32,000 bases of DNA from Candidatus Pelagibacter sp. HTCC7211 (lineage in GTDB: Bacteria; Pseudomonadota; Alphaproteobacteria; Pelagibacterales; Pelagibacteraceae). The notes beneath the pieces are model-generated. The model was not told the origin of the DNA, made no database searches, and worked only from the letters and a program-made list of their open reading frames with translations. The stretch covers positions 540,001 to 572,000 of the forward strand of contig NZ_DS995298.1 in assembly GCF_000155895.1 (NCBI RefSeq), written 5' to 3'. Below, one piece after another: positions 8,193 to 17,972 of this stretch (the first letter of the stretch is position 1; each line of letters starts with the position of its first letter). Both the position numbers and the translations under genes were made by a program.

Positions 8193-8207
8193 AGAACAAA
8201 ATGTGTA
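8193..8207 (+). promoter_or_regulatory. Candidate imperfect SOS box upstream of recA (GAAC-N7-GTAC)
   Basis: gaacAAAATGTgtac lies 52 nt upstream of the recA ATG. It shares AGAACAAAA with the umuD box read on its own strand. There is one mismatch in the second half-site. Confidence 0.4.
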
Positions 8208-8258
8208 CATTTAATCTCATGATTCGAGTGTTAAAAAAATTAAAAAAAGAGGCTAAAA

Positions 8259-9407
8259 ATGACGAAAAGTAACCTAAAAGTAGTTAAATCTACTAAAGAT
8301 CAAGAAATGGATATCAAAGAAAAGAACAAAGCATTAGATGCAGCAATAGCTCAGATTACTGACAATTTTGGAAAAGGCTCAGTAATGAAGCTTGGACAAA
8401 AAAGAGCTATGGATATCGAGTCTGTATCTACAGGATCTTTAAGTCTTGATTTAGCATTAGGAATAGGTGGATTGCCAAAAGGAAGAATTGTTGAGGTTTA
8501 CGGACCAGAATCTTCAGGAAAAACAACATTAGCATTACAAGTAGTTGCCGAAGCTCAAAAAGCTGGAGGAATTTGTGCGTTTGTTGATGCTGAGCATGCA
8601 CTAGATCCAGTTTATGCAAAAAAATTAGGTGTAAATACAGAAGAACTTTTAATTTCACAACCAGATGCTGGTGAGCAAGCACTAGAAATAGCAGATACTC
8701 TTGTTAAATCAGGATCTATTTCAGTTATCGTAATTGACTCAGTTGCAGCACTAACGCCAAAAGCTGAAATTGAAGGTGAAATGGGAGATCATCATGTTGG
8801 TCTTCAATCAAGATTAATGAGTCAGGCATTAAGAAAACTTACTAGTTCAATTTCAAATACAAATACAATGATGATTTTCATTAACCAAATTAGAATGAAA
8901 ATTGGAGTTATGTTTGGAAGTCCTGAAACAACATCAGGTGGAAATGCTTTAAAATTCTACTCATCTGTTAGAATGGATATTAGAAGAATTGGTGCAATTA
9001 AAGATAAAGATGAAATTATTGGAAACTCAACAAGAGTTAAAGTAGTCAAAAATAAAGTAGCACCACCATTCAAAGTTGTCGAGTTTGACTTAATGTATGG
9101 AAAAGGAATTAGTAAAATGGGTGAATTGGTCGATCTAGGATCAAAAGCTGATATTATTGAAAAATCAGGTGCATGGTATGCTTATAAAGGTGAAAAGATA
9201 GGTCAAGGTAGAGAAAATGCTAAAACTTATCTTGCTCAGAACCCTAAAGTAGCAGCTGAAATAGAATTAGCTATTAGAGAAAAAGCAGGCGTAATTCAAA
9301 AAAAGATTGAAGGAAACCCGCTTGACCCTGAAAAGGCTGCAAAAGATCAAATAGAAGATCCAAAAGCAGAAAAGAAAGAGGAAGTAGTTCCTACTAAAAA
9401 GAATTAG
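8259..9407 (+). CDS. recA: Recombinase RecA
   Basis: Full-length match to RecA, including [12 protein letters not shown] Walker A and the [29 protein letters not shown]2 region. AAGAGG sits 7-8 nt upstream of the ATG. Confidence 0.97.
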   Translation: MTKSNLKVVKSTKDQEMDIKEKNKALDAAIAQITDNFGKGSVMKLGQKRAMDIESVSTGSLSLDLALGIGGLPKGRIVEVYGPESSGKTTLALQVVAEAQKAGGICAFVDAEHALDPVYAKKLGVNTEELLISQPDAGEQALEIADTLVKSGSISVIVIDSVAALTPKAEIEGEMGDHHVGLQSRLMSQALRKLTSSISNTNTMMIFINQIRMKIGVMFGSPETTSGGNALKFYSSVRMDIRRIGAIKDKDEIIGNSTRVKVVKNKVAPPFKVVEFDLMYGKGISKMGELVDLGSKADIIEKSGAWYAYKGEKIGQGRENAKTYLAQNPKVAAEIELAIREKAGVIQKKIEGNPLDPEKAAKDQIEDPKAEKKEEVVPTKKN

Positions 9408-9430
9408 TTAAAAAGTCATCTTTAATTATT

Positions 9431-9459
9431 AAAAGGCGCTTAATTTAAGCGCCTTTTTT
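9431..9459 (+). terminator. Rho-independent terminator after recA
   Basis: aaaaGGCGCTTaatttAAGCGCCtttttt: a GC-rich stem (9435-9441 with 9447-9453) followed by a T6 run. Confidence 0.8.
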
Positions 9460-9507
9460 CCCTTACTGTTATCTAGACATAAAATAAAAAAGCTGTATTT
9501 TAAAAAT

Positions 9508-12174
9508 ATGGCTGACAAATCATTAAATGAAATAAGAAATACATTCTTAAAATATTTTGAAAAGAATGATCATAGGATTGTAGAGTCGAGTAACTTGGTT
9601 CCAAATAACGATCCAACTTTAATGTTTGCTAATTCAGGAATGGTTCAGTTTAAAAATGTATTTACTGGTCTTGAGAAAAGAGATTATCAAAGAGCCACTA
9701 CTTCACAAAAGTGTGTAAGAGCGGGTGGAAAACATAACGATTTAGAAAATGTTGGCTACACTCCAAGACACCATACATTCTTTGAAATGTTGGGAAATTT
9801 TTCATTTGGAGATTATTTTAAAGAACAAGCAATCCATTATGCTTGGGATTTAATCACTAGGGATTTTGGAATTGATAAAAATCGTCTATATGTAACAGTT
9901 TATCATGAAGATGATGAAGCCTTCAATTTTTGGAAGAAAATAGCCGGTTTTAACGATGATAGAATAATTAGAATAGCTACTTCAGATAATTTTTGGTCAA
10001 TGGGTGAGACAGGACCATGCGGTCCCTGCTCAGAAATATTCTATGATCATGGTGATCATTTAGCTGGAGGACTTCCAGGCACAAAAGATGAAGATGGAGA
10101 TAGGTTTATAGAAATATGGAACTTAGTCTTTATGCAATTTGAACAAATTTCTAAAGAAAAAAGAATTGATCTACCTAAACCATCAGTTGATACAGGGATG
10201 GGCCTTGAAAGAATAGCCGCATTATTGCAGGGAACTCATGATAATTATGAAACAGATCATTTTAAAAAGATAATAAATTCAGCCTCTGAAATACTAAAAG
10301 TTAAATCTGATAATTCTAATCTTTCAAGCTTTAGAGTTATTGCAGACCATTTAAGAGCGAGTTCATTTTTAATTGCAGAAGGTGTGTTACCTTCTAATGA
10401 AGGTAGAGGGTATGTGCTTAGAAGAATTATGAGAAGAGGAATGAGACACTCCCATTTATTAGGATCAAATGAACCAGTTTTTTTTAATTTATTTGAAACT
10501 CTTAGGGATGAGATGAAAGGAAACTATCCAGAATTAGTAAGAGCTGAATCTTTAATCAAAGAAACATTAAAAATGGAAGAAGAAAAATTTTTAGTTCTTT
10601 TAGATAGAGGAATTAAAATTTTAAATGAAGAGATTTCTAAAATAGATAAAGTTTTACCTGGAGAAGTAGCTTTTAAATTATATGATACTTATGGATTTCC
10701 ATTGGATTTAACTGAAGATATTCTAAGAAACAAATCCATGTCAATTGACTCAGAAAAATTTCAATCATTAATGAAAGAAAGTAGAGAACTTGCAAAGAAA
10801 AATTGGAAAGGTTCAGGTGATGCAGCTGTAGAAGATGTTTGGTTTGGTATAAAAGATAAATTAGGAGCTACAGAATTTCTTGGTTACGAGACTAATCAAG
10901 CTGAAGGCGCCGTACTTTCTTTACTAAAAGATAATAAAGAAGTAGATGAGTTAAAAAATGGTGACGAGGGAATGATTATTGTTAATCAAACCCCTTTTTA
11001 CGGTGAGTCTGGAGGTCAAGTAGGAGACACTGGAGAAATTGCAGGAAATGATTTTAAATTTGAAGTAACTGATGTTCAAAAAAAATTAGGTGATTTATTT
11101 GTTCATTATGGAAAAGTTATTAATGGGTCAATTCAATTAAAAGACAACGTTGAATTAAAGATCAATGTAGAAAGAAGGGATGATACTAGAGCGTACCATT
11201 CTGCGACGCACTTATTGCACGAGTCATTAAGAAGGGTTTTAGGCAAACACGTTACACAGAAAGGTTCTTTAGTAGAGCCTAGCCGACTAAGGTTTGATTT
11301 TAGTCATATGAAACCAATTCAAACGGAAGAAATCGATAAAATAGAAGGTTTCGTAAATAATATGGTTTCAAAAAAATCAGATGTAAAAACACGATTAATG
11401 ACACCTGATGAGGCAGTTGAAAACGGAGCTTTAGCACTTTTTGGTGAAAAATATGGAGAGGAAGTAAGAGTTCTGTCGATGGGAGATGATGATGGTAGTT
11501 ATTTTTCAACGGAATTATGTGGAGGAACACATGTTAGAAATACGGGGGATATTGGTAAATTTAAGATAGTTAGCCAATCCTCAATTGCTGCAGGTGTTAG
11601 AAGAATAGAAGCACTAAGAGATAAACAATTAGAGGATTACCTTAACAATAAAGAGAAATTATCTAATATTTCTTCAGAAAAAAATGATCAAATTATCAAT
11701 AATTTATCTGAACAAATAACAGAGCTTGGCGGAAAACCTTCTTTAGATGAAAGTGATCAAAGAATTTTAATTAAAAATTTAACAAAACAACTAGAAACTA
11801 TTTCAGTAAATTCAATATTAGAAGATAAAACAAAAAATATAATTAAAGATGAACAAATTAATGGAATTAAAATAAGATTTCAAAATGTAGATGGTTTACC
11901 TCCTAAAGAATTAAGAAAACTTGTAGATAAAGGAAAAAAAGAATTAAGCGAAGGTATAGTAATTGTATTTGCAGCTAAAGACGACAAAGTTGGAATTGCG
12001 GTAGGTGTAACTGATACATTAACTAATAAATTTGATGCTGTTAAATTTGTTAAAACAGGTTCTGAAATTATTGGTGGACAGGGTGGAGGTGGAAGAAAAG
12101 ATTTCGCGCAAGCTGGTGGTCAGGATAAATCTAAAATTGATGAGGCTTTTGAAAAGCTTAAAACTTTAATTTAA
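9508..12174 (+). CDS. alaS: Alanine--tRNA ligase
   Basis: 888 aa. Contains the class II core (FTNAGM-like [26 protein letters not shown]), the editing-domain HSATHLLH and CGGTHV motifs, and a C-terminal GGGG motif. Confidence 0.97.
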   Translation: MADKSLNEIRNTFLKYFEKNDHRIVESSNLVPNNDPTLMFANSGMVQFKNVFTGLEKRDYQRATTSQKCVRAGGKHNDLENVGYTPRHHTFFEMLGNFSFGDYFKEQAIHYAWDLITRDFGIDKNRLYVTVYHEDDEAFNFWKKIAGFNDDRIIRIATSDNFWSMGETGPCGPCSEIFYDHGDHLAGGLPGTKDEDGDRFIEIWNLVFMQFEQISKEKRIDLPKPSVDTGMGLERIAALLQGTHDNYETDHFKKIINSASEILKVKSDNSNLSSFRVIADHLRASSFLIAEGVLPSNEGRGYVLRRIMRRGMRHSHLLGSNEPVFFNLFETLRDEMKGNYPELVRAESLIKETLKMEEEKFLVLLDRGIKILNEEISKIDKVLPGEVAFKLYDTYGFPLDLTEDILRNKSMSIDSEKFQSLMKESRELAKKNWKGSGDAAVEDVWFGIKDKLGATEFLGYETNQAEGAVLSLLKDNKEVDELKNGDEGMIIVNQTPFYGESGGQVGDTGEIAGNDFKFEVTDVQKKLGDLFVHYGKVINGSIQLKDNVELKINVERRDDTRAYHSATHLLHESLRRVLGKHVTQKGSLVEPSRLRFDFSHMKPIQTEEIDKIEGFVNNMVSKKSDVKTRLMTPDEAVENGALALFGEKYGEEVRVLSMGDDDGSYFSTELCGGTHVRNTGDIGKFKIVSQSSIAAGVRRIEALRDKQLEDYLNNKEKLSNISSEKNDQIINNLSEQITELGGKPSLDESDQRILIKNLTKQLETISVNSILEDKTKNIIKDEQINGIKIRFQNVDGLPPKELRKLVDKGKKELSEGIVIVFAAKDDKVGIAVGVTDTLTNKFDAVKFVKTGSEIIGGQGGGGRKDFAQAGGQDKSKIDEAFEKLKTLI

Positions 12175-13380
12175 TTTCTTTTTGAGATTACCATCAATTT
12201 CATCTAAAAATTGATTAGTGGTTAAATATTTGCTTGATGGACCTACGAGTATAGCCAGATCTTTTGTCATTGAACCATTTTCAACACATTCGATACAGAC
12301 TTTCTCTATAGTTTGAGCAAATTTAATTAACTCATCATTGTTATCTAGTTTTCCTCTATGAGCTAGACCTCTAGTCCATGCAAAAATAGAGGCAATTGGA
12401 TTTGTAGACGTTTCTTTACCCTGCTGGTGCATTCTATAATGTCTAGTAACTGTCCCATGAGCAGCTTCCGCTTCCATTACTTTTCCATCTGGAGTTAACA
12501 AAGTACTAGTCATTAAACCTAAAGAACCATATCCTTGAGCCATCGTATCTGATTGAACATCACCGTCATAATTTTTACATGCCCAAATATATTTACCACT
12601 CCACTTCATTGCACATGCAACCATGTCATCAATTAAACGATGTTCATATGTTAAATTATTTTTTTCAAAATCTTCTTTATATTCGTTGTCAAAAATTTCC
12701 TGAAATATATCTTTAAATCTTCCATCATATTGTTTGAGAATTGTATTTTTTGTAGACATATAAACTGGCCATTTTTTTATCAATCCATAGCTAAAACAAG
12801 ATCTTGCGAAGTCACTGATTGATTTGTCTAAATTGTACATTGAAAGGGCAACACCAGGACCAGTAAAATTAAATACCTCATATTTTATCTCATCTTTTCC
12901 ATCTTCAGATGTCCATTTTACTTCCATTTTACCTTTACCAGGTACTTTAAAGTCAGTTGCTCTATATTGATCACCGAATGCATGTCTTCCAATCACTACG
13001 GGATCTGTCCATGATGGCACGAGTTTTGGAATATTTTTACAAATTATAGGTTCTCTAAAAACAGTACCACCGATAATATTTCTAATAGTACCATTAGGCG
13101 ATCTCCACATTTTTTTTAAGTCAAACTCTTCAACTCTAGCTTCATCAGGAGTTATAGTTGCACATTTGATACCTACCCCTATTTTTTTTATTGCATTAGC
13201 AGAGTCAATTGTGATCTGGTCATCTGTGTCATCACGACTTTTCATTCCTAAATCGTAGTATTCTATTCCTAAATCAAGATATGGGAGAATGAGTTTGTTT
13301 TTTATAAAGTCCCATATAATTCTAGTCATTTCATCACCGTCTAACTCTACAATGGGGTTATTTACCTTGATTTTACTCAT
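12166..13380 (-). CDS. icd: NADP-dependent isocitrate dehydrogenase (eukaryote-like homodimeric type)
   Basis: [23 protein letters not shown]...TITPDEARV...NGTIRNILGG-like motifs. Length is 404 aa. Confidence 0.93.
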   Translation of the reverse strand: MSKIKVNNPIVELDGDEMTRIIWDFIKNKLILPYLDLGIEYYDLGMKSRDDTDDQITIDSANAIKKIGVGIKCATITPDEARVEEFDLKKMWRSPNGTIRNIIGGTVFREPIICKNIPKLVPSWTDPVVIGRHAFGDQYRATDFKVPGKGKMEVKWTSEDGKDEIKYEVFNFTGPGVALSMYNLDKSISDFARSCFSYGLIKKWPVYMSTKNTILKQYDGRFKDIFQEIFDNEYKEDFEKNNLTYEHRLIDDMVACAMKWSGKYIWACKNYDGDVQSDTMAQGYGSLGLMTSTLLTPDGKVMEAEAAHGTVTRHYRMHQQGKETSTNPIASIFAWTRGLAHRGKLDNNDELIKFAQTIEKVCIECVENGSMTKDLAILVGPSSKYLTTNQFLDEIDGNLKKKLN

Positions 13381-13456
13381 TAAAATAATTTTATCTTATT
13401 AATTGAATTTGATTGGTTTATATACATATTAATCAAAAATTAGCAAATAGAAGAAT

Positions 13457-14104
13457 ATGTTTAACAAAATATTTCCTCCAATACATACAGAGGGTTATAA
13501 GTTCTTGGTAATCTCTGTAATTGTTACTTTAGTCCTTTTAGCCTTTAGTGGTTTTTTAGGAACTATAGGAATTCTTTTAACAATCTGGGTGTATTATTTT
13601 TTTAGAGATCCTGAAAGAATTATCATTGGAGATGATAACTATTTAGTAAGTCCAGCCGATGGTGAAGTAATTAAAGTTGAAGAAGTGGATGGACCAAAAG
13701 AAGTTGGTTTAGAAAACCAAAAATTTAAAAAAATAAGTGTATTTATGAATGTATTTGATTGTCATGTGAATAGAACGCCATGCTCAGGAACTGTTGAAGA
13801 AATTTTATATAAACCTGGAAAGTTTTTAAATGCATCATTTGATAAAGCTAGCGAAGATAATGAGAGAAATTATTATAAGATTAAAGATAATGCAGGTAAT
13901 AATATTATAGTTGTTCAAATAGCAGGTTTAATTGCAAGACGAATAGTTTGTGAAACAAATAATGGCCAAACACTTAATCAAGGAGAGAGAATAGGCATGA
14001 TTAGGTTTGGAAGTCGAACGGATGTTTACTATGAAAACTATGATCCATTAGTAAAAGTTGGCCAAAAAACAATTTCAGGTGAAACGTTATTAGCTAAAAA
14101 ATAA
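13457..14104 (+). CDS. psd: Phosphatidylserine decarboxylase proenzyme (short form)
   Basis: N-terminal TM helices and the FGSRTD self-cleavage (G-S) motif near the C-terminus. It sits next to pssA. Confidence 0.85.
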   Translation: MFNKIFPPIHTEGYKFLVISVIVTLVLLAFSGFLGTIGILLTIWVYYFFRDPERIIIGDDNYLVSPADGEVIKVEEVDGPKEVGLENQKFKKISVFMNVFDCHVNRTPCSGTVEEILYKPGKFLNASFDKASEDNERNYYKIKDNAGNNIIVVQIAGLIARRIVCETNNGQTLNQGERIGMIRFGSRTDVYYENYDPLVKVGQKTISGETLLAKK

Positions 14105-14106
14105 TT

Positions 14107-14910
14107 ATGGAACAGCCTAAAAATAATCTCAAGGTAATTTCTGAGAAGAAAAATGTAAGAATGATCTTACCAAACATGTTAACTTTAATAGGTGTTTGTA
14201 TAGGGCTTACTTCGATCAGGTTTTCTTTCAATGGACAGTTTGATCTTGCAATTATTGCAATAATTTTTGCAGCATTAATTGATGGATTAGATGGAAGAAT
14301 TGCAAGACTAATTAAAGGGACTTCAAAAGTTGGAAAAGAACTAGACTCTCTAACTGATATGATAAGTTTTGGTGTTGCACCAGCATTTATAATGTATTTT
14401 TGGACTTTAAGTTCACTTGGAAGATTAGGCTGGTTGATATGTTTAATTTATGTGATTTGTGTAGCTTTAAGATTAGCAAGATTTAATATCAATTCAAACC
14501 AAGAACCATCTTGGAGAGATAATTTTTTTGAAGGAGTTCCATCTCCAGCTGGAGGAATTTTAGTTTTAACACCATTAGTTATCAGTATGACAAATTTTAA
14601 CTTCGTTAAAATTGATAATAACATTATTGTTCCAATTTTTTTTATTGTTACATCTTTGTTATTGATAAGCAAATTTCCAACTTACTCATTTAAGAAAATA
14701 GTAATTCAGAGACAAACAACCATTTTTTTATTATTTGGAATTGTATTATTTTTTGGATTTATTCTTATTTACCCTTTTATAGCGATATCAATAAGCGTTA
14801 TTCTTTATTTGCTAATGCTTCCAATAAGCTATTTTCATTATAATAAGTTAAAAAAACAAAATGCTGATAAACCCAATTTGGAAGACGATGATTTTGAAGA
14901 CATTTTATAA
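14107..14910 (+). CDS. pssA: CDP-diacylglycerol--serine O-phosphatidyltransferase
   Basis: CDP-alcohol phosphatidyltransferase motif DGLDGRIARL...GKELDSLTD. The protein is a multi-pass membrane protein. Confidence 0.85.
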   Translation: MEQPKNNLKVISEKKNVRMILPNMLTLIGVCIGLTSIRFSFNGQFDLAIIAIIFAALIDGLDGRIARLIKGTSKVGKELDSLTDMISFGVAPAFIMYFWTLSSLGRLGWLICLIYVICVALRLARFNINSNQEPSWRDNFFEGVPSPAGGILVLTPLVISMTNFNFVKIDNNIIVPIFFIVTSLLLISKFPTYSFKKIVIQRQTTIFLLFGIVLFFGFILIYPFIAISISVILYLLMLPISYFHYNKLKKQNADKPNLEDDDFEDIL

Positions 14911-15809
14911 TGAAAGAAAATGTTATTATATCTCTAGCAGACTCAAATTACTTTGAGTTGTTAAATGAATTAGTAAACTCAATAAAACGGTTTAAAGAGA
15001 GCGAAAATACTGCAATCTGCATTATGGATGCAGGGCTGACTAATGACCAAAAATCAATTTTGTCATCAAAAGTTGATGAAATAAAACCAGCAGATTGGGA
15101 CATTGAAGTTCCTGACTTTAAAATTAAAGGAAGGGAATGGTTAAAAAGTCAGGTATCTAGAGCTTTTTTACCAAAGTATTTTCCTAATTATAAAAAATAT
15201 ATGTGGATCGATGCAGATGCTTGGGTTAATTCCTGGGGAGCAATTGAATTGTATTTTAAAGGTTGCGAAAATCATAAATTATCAATCTCAACATCAGCTG
15301 ATAGAGCTTACAGAAATGTTATAAGAGCTGACTGGTTTTTAGGAGGTTTTGCAAGGATTAAATCACAAAATTATAAACATGCAAAATCATCTGGGTTTTC
15401 AGAAAAAATTGCAAGACAAGTTGCTCTTAAGCCCCATTTAAATATTGGTGTATTTGCATTAGAAGAAAATGCACCTCATTGGAAAGTCTGGCAAAAAAAT
15501 TTAAAAATTGCTTTGAAGGCAGGCAAAATTTGGGGTTCAGAACAAATTGCTATGAATATAACAATATATTCAGATAACTTACCAGTTGAAATATTACCTG
15601 CTTATTGCAACTGGATTCTTGTTGACGGGATTAAATTTGATGAAAAAAGAAATACTTTAGTTGAACCTTACTTGCCAAATCATCAAATTGGTATTGTTCA
15701 TTTTGCTGGAAAAAACAATGATGCGATAAGAAATAACAAAGATTATATTTCAAGAGTAGAAACTGTAGATGGCAAAATAATAGATATGAAATTAAGATTT
15801 AGAAATTAA
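14910..15809 (+). CDS. GT8-like nucleotide-sugar glycosyltransferase (GT-A fold), function unknown
   Basis: ISLADSNYFELLNELVNSIKRF..ICIMDAGLTNDQ, a DxD-like motif in YMWIDADAWV, and a late VHFAGKNN motif follow the GT8 pattern. The ATG overlaps the pssA stop by 1 nt. Confidence 0.5.
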   Translation: MKENVIISLADSNYFELLNELVNSIKRFKESENTAICIMDAGLTNDQKSILSSKVDEIKPADWDIEVPDFKIKGREWLKSQVSRAFLPKYFPNYKKYMWIDADAWVNSWGAIELYFKGCENHKLSISTSADRAYRNVIRADWFLGGFARIKSQNYKHAKSSGFSEKIARQVALKPHLNIGVFALEENAPHWKVWQKNLKIALKAGKIWGSEQIAMNITIYSDNLPVEILPAYCNWILVDGIKFDEKRNTLVEPYLPNHQIGIVHFAGKNNDAIRNNKDYISRVETVDGKIIDMKLRFRN

Positions 15810-16421
15810 TTGAAAAAAAATAAAATTTCAAAAAATTGGGTTAATAAACAAAGAAGAGATACTTACGTCAAACAATCTAAAGTCGATGGATATAGAGCAA
15901 GATCGGCGTATAAGTTAATTGAAATTGATGATAAATTTAAAATATTCAAAGGTGGTATTACAGTAATAGATATTGGAGCAGCTCCTGGAAGTTGGTCTCA
16001 ATATGCTGAAAAGGTCACAAAAAGTGGAAGATTGATATCCATAGATCTAAAAAAAATGGAACCAATTGGAAATACTGTTCAAATTCAAGGAGATTTTACA
16101 GAACAAATAATTCAAGATGAAATAAAAAAACACACTAATACTAATGTAGATGTTGTTTTGTCAGATATGGCGGTAAATACGACTGGAATAAAAAATATAG
16201 ATTCAATTCAAACTGGAGAGCTATGCAAGGAAGCCATGTTTTTTGCTAAAGATTTATTAAAAGAGAATGGTTTTTTTATTTCAAAAATTTTTATGGGAGG
16301 CACTTTTAACGAAATAGTCGCAGAAGGAAAAAAATATTTTAAAGAAGTTAAGGTTTTCAAACCAAAATCTAGCAGAAAAGACTCTAAAGAGAGTTTTATA
16401 ATATGTAAAAATCTCAGATAG
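15810..16421 (+). CDS. rlmE: 23S rRNA (uridine-2'-O)-methyltransferase RlmE/FtsJ
   Basis: WVNKQRRDTYVKQSKVDGYRARSAYKLIEID...VIDIGAAPGSWSQY. Homology requires the TTG start at 15810, which directly follows the upstream TAA. Confidence 0.9.
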   Translation: MKKNKISKNWVNKQRRDTYVKQSKVDGYRARSAYKLIEIDDKFKIFKGGITVIDIGAAPGSWSQYAEKVTKSGRLISIDLKKMEPIGNTVQIQGDFTEQIIQDEIKKHTNTNVDVVLSDMAVNTTGIKNIDSIQTGELCKEAMFFAKDLLKENGFFISKIFMGGTFNEIVAEGKKYFKEVKVFKPKSSRKDSKESFIICKNLR

Positions 16422-16452
16422 AGACTTTAAATTTAAAAGGAATCGTATATAA

Positions 16453-17535
16453 ATGATCATGGTTCCTATTAAAGAAGCACTTACCTTTGACGACGTCACT
16501 CTTGCGCCAAAATATTCAGAAATTTTGCCTTCAGAAGTGAATACTGGCGTAGCATTAACAAAATATCTCAAATTAAAAATACCTTTACTGTCATCAGCCA
16601 TGGATACTGTAACAGAGAGCAAAATGGCAATAGCAATTGCAAAAGCTGGAGGAATTGGGGTAATTCATAGAAATTTAAATGTTAAAGAGCAAATTATAGA
16701 AATTAAAAAAGTAAAAAAGAAAAAATTATTAGTTGGAGCTGCGGTTGGCGCAGGACCAAATGAATTTACTAGAGCAAAAGCTTTAGTTAATGAAGGAGTA
16801 AATTTAATAGTCGTTGATACAGCACATGGTCACACAAAGAAAGTTGCAGAAATTATTAAATTTATCAAGAGAATTAAAAATAAAAAAATTGCATTATGTG
16901 GTGGTAATATTGCAACACCAGAGGCTGCAAAATTTTTAATAAAACTAGGAGTTGATATAATTAAAATTGGAATTGGACCAGGCTCGATTTGCACTACAAG
17001 ATTAGTTGCTGGTATTGGTGTACCTCAATTGAGTGCAATATTATCAGTTAGAAATGGAATTAAAAATAAAAATATAAAAATCATTTCGGATGGTGGAATT
17101 AAATATTCAGGAGATTTGGCAAAAGCATTTGCAGCTGGAGCAGATGCAGTGATGATAGGTTCTTTGTTTGCTGGTACTGATGAAGCCCCCGGAAAATTGA
17201 TAAAAAAAAATGGAAAATTATTTAAAAGTTTTAGAGGAATGGGATCTGTTGGTGCAATGAACAAAGGATCAGCAGACAGATATTTTCAAAGCAAACAAAA
17301 AGATACATCAAAGTATGTACCAGAAGGTGTTGAAGGATTTGCAAAGTATAAAGGAGATGTAGGTAGAATTATATTTAAATTGATAGGAGGACTAAAATCT
17401 TCTATGGGTTACCTTGGATCTAAAGATATTTTAAAACTTAGAAATAAACCTAATTTTGTGAAAATTACTAAAGCAGGTTTTTATGAGAGTATGGTACACA
17501 ACGTAGATGTAATAAAAAACGATAATAAATATTAA
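16453..17535 (+). CDS. guaB: IMP dehydrogenase lacking the CBS/Bateman subdomain
   Basis: [23 protein letters not shown], catalytic [28 protein letters not shown] and VPEGVEG are collinear with E. coli GuaB. After ...IKKVKKKK the sequence jumps straight to [10 protein letters not shown]. Length is 360 aa, versus about 490 aa for typical GuaB (figure from memory). Confidence 0.85.
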   Translation: MIMVPIKEALTFDDVTLAPKYSEILPSEVNTGVALTKYLKLKIPLLSSAMDTVTESKMAIAIAKAGGIGVIHRNLNVKEQIIEIKKVKKKKLLVGAAVGAGPNEFTRAKALVNEGVNLIVVDTAHGHTKKVAEIIKFIKRIKNKKIALCGGNIATPEAAKFLIKLGVDIIKIGIGPGSICTTRLVAGIGVPQLSAILSVRNGIKNKNIKIISDGGIKYSGDLAKAFAAGADAVMIGSLFAGTDEAPGKLIKKNGKLFKSFRGMGSVGAMNKGSADRYFQSKQKDTSKYVPEGVEGFAKYKGDVGRIIFKLIGGLKSSMGYLGSKDILKLRNKPNFVKITKAGFYESMVHNVDVIKNDNKY

Positions 17536-17972
17536 TGCACAAAATTTTAAATATATTAAATTCAATTATAATAGTCATTACAAGCTCAACAGTAGCATTT
17601 AGTAAAGAAAATTTTTTTCATGAAGCATTAAAAAAATATCAAGATAAAAAATATGAAGAAGCAAAATTTATTTTCGAGCGAAATATAGTTTATAATCCAA
17701 AAGATGCCAAAACTTATTTGTACTTAGCTAAAATCTATAATCATCAAGATGATCAAAGAAAAGAAGAAAATAATTTAGAAACAGCATTGTTAATTGACCC
17801 GAGTAATGAAGAGGCATTATTGATGTCAATGAAAGTTGCCTTAAAAAAATCAAATTATTCAAAAGTAAAAACTTTATCCGAAACCTTCGTAAAAGTTTGT
17901 AATAAGCTATGTGATGAAAATGATCAAATTCAAGAGTCTCTTAAAAACATAGAACCAAAAAATGAGTCTTGA
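17535..17972 (+). CDS. Small exported TPR-repeat protein
   Basis: Signal-like N-terminus [26 protein letters not shown]-like helices ([29 protein letters not shown]; [13 protein letters not shown]) and a C-terminal CNKLC motif. A TAATG junction joins it to guaB, and it overlaps guaA by 11 nt. Confidence 0.6.
   Translation: MHKILNILNSIIIVITSSTVAFSKENFFHEALKKYQDKKYEEAKFIFERNIVYNPKDAKTYLYLAKIYNHQDDQRKEENNLETALLIDPSNEEALLMSMKVALKKSNYSKVKTLSETFVKVCNKLCDENDQIQESLKNIEPKNES

Noticed and set aside
13408-13437. Inverted repeat TTTGATT-N16-AATCAAA in the icd/psd divergent spacer
   Set aside because: It is a short A/T-only 7-mer with no second line of evidence, and is likely chance.
16281-16622. 113-aa minus-strand ORF spanning the rlmE/guaB junction
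   Set aside because: It overlaps the conserved 3' end of rlmE and the conserved 5' end of guaB. It has no homology signal or start context.
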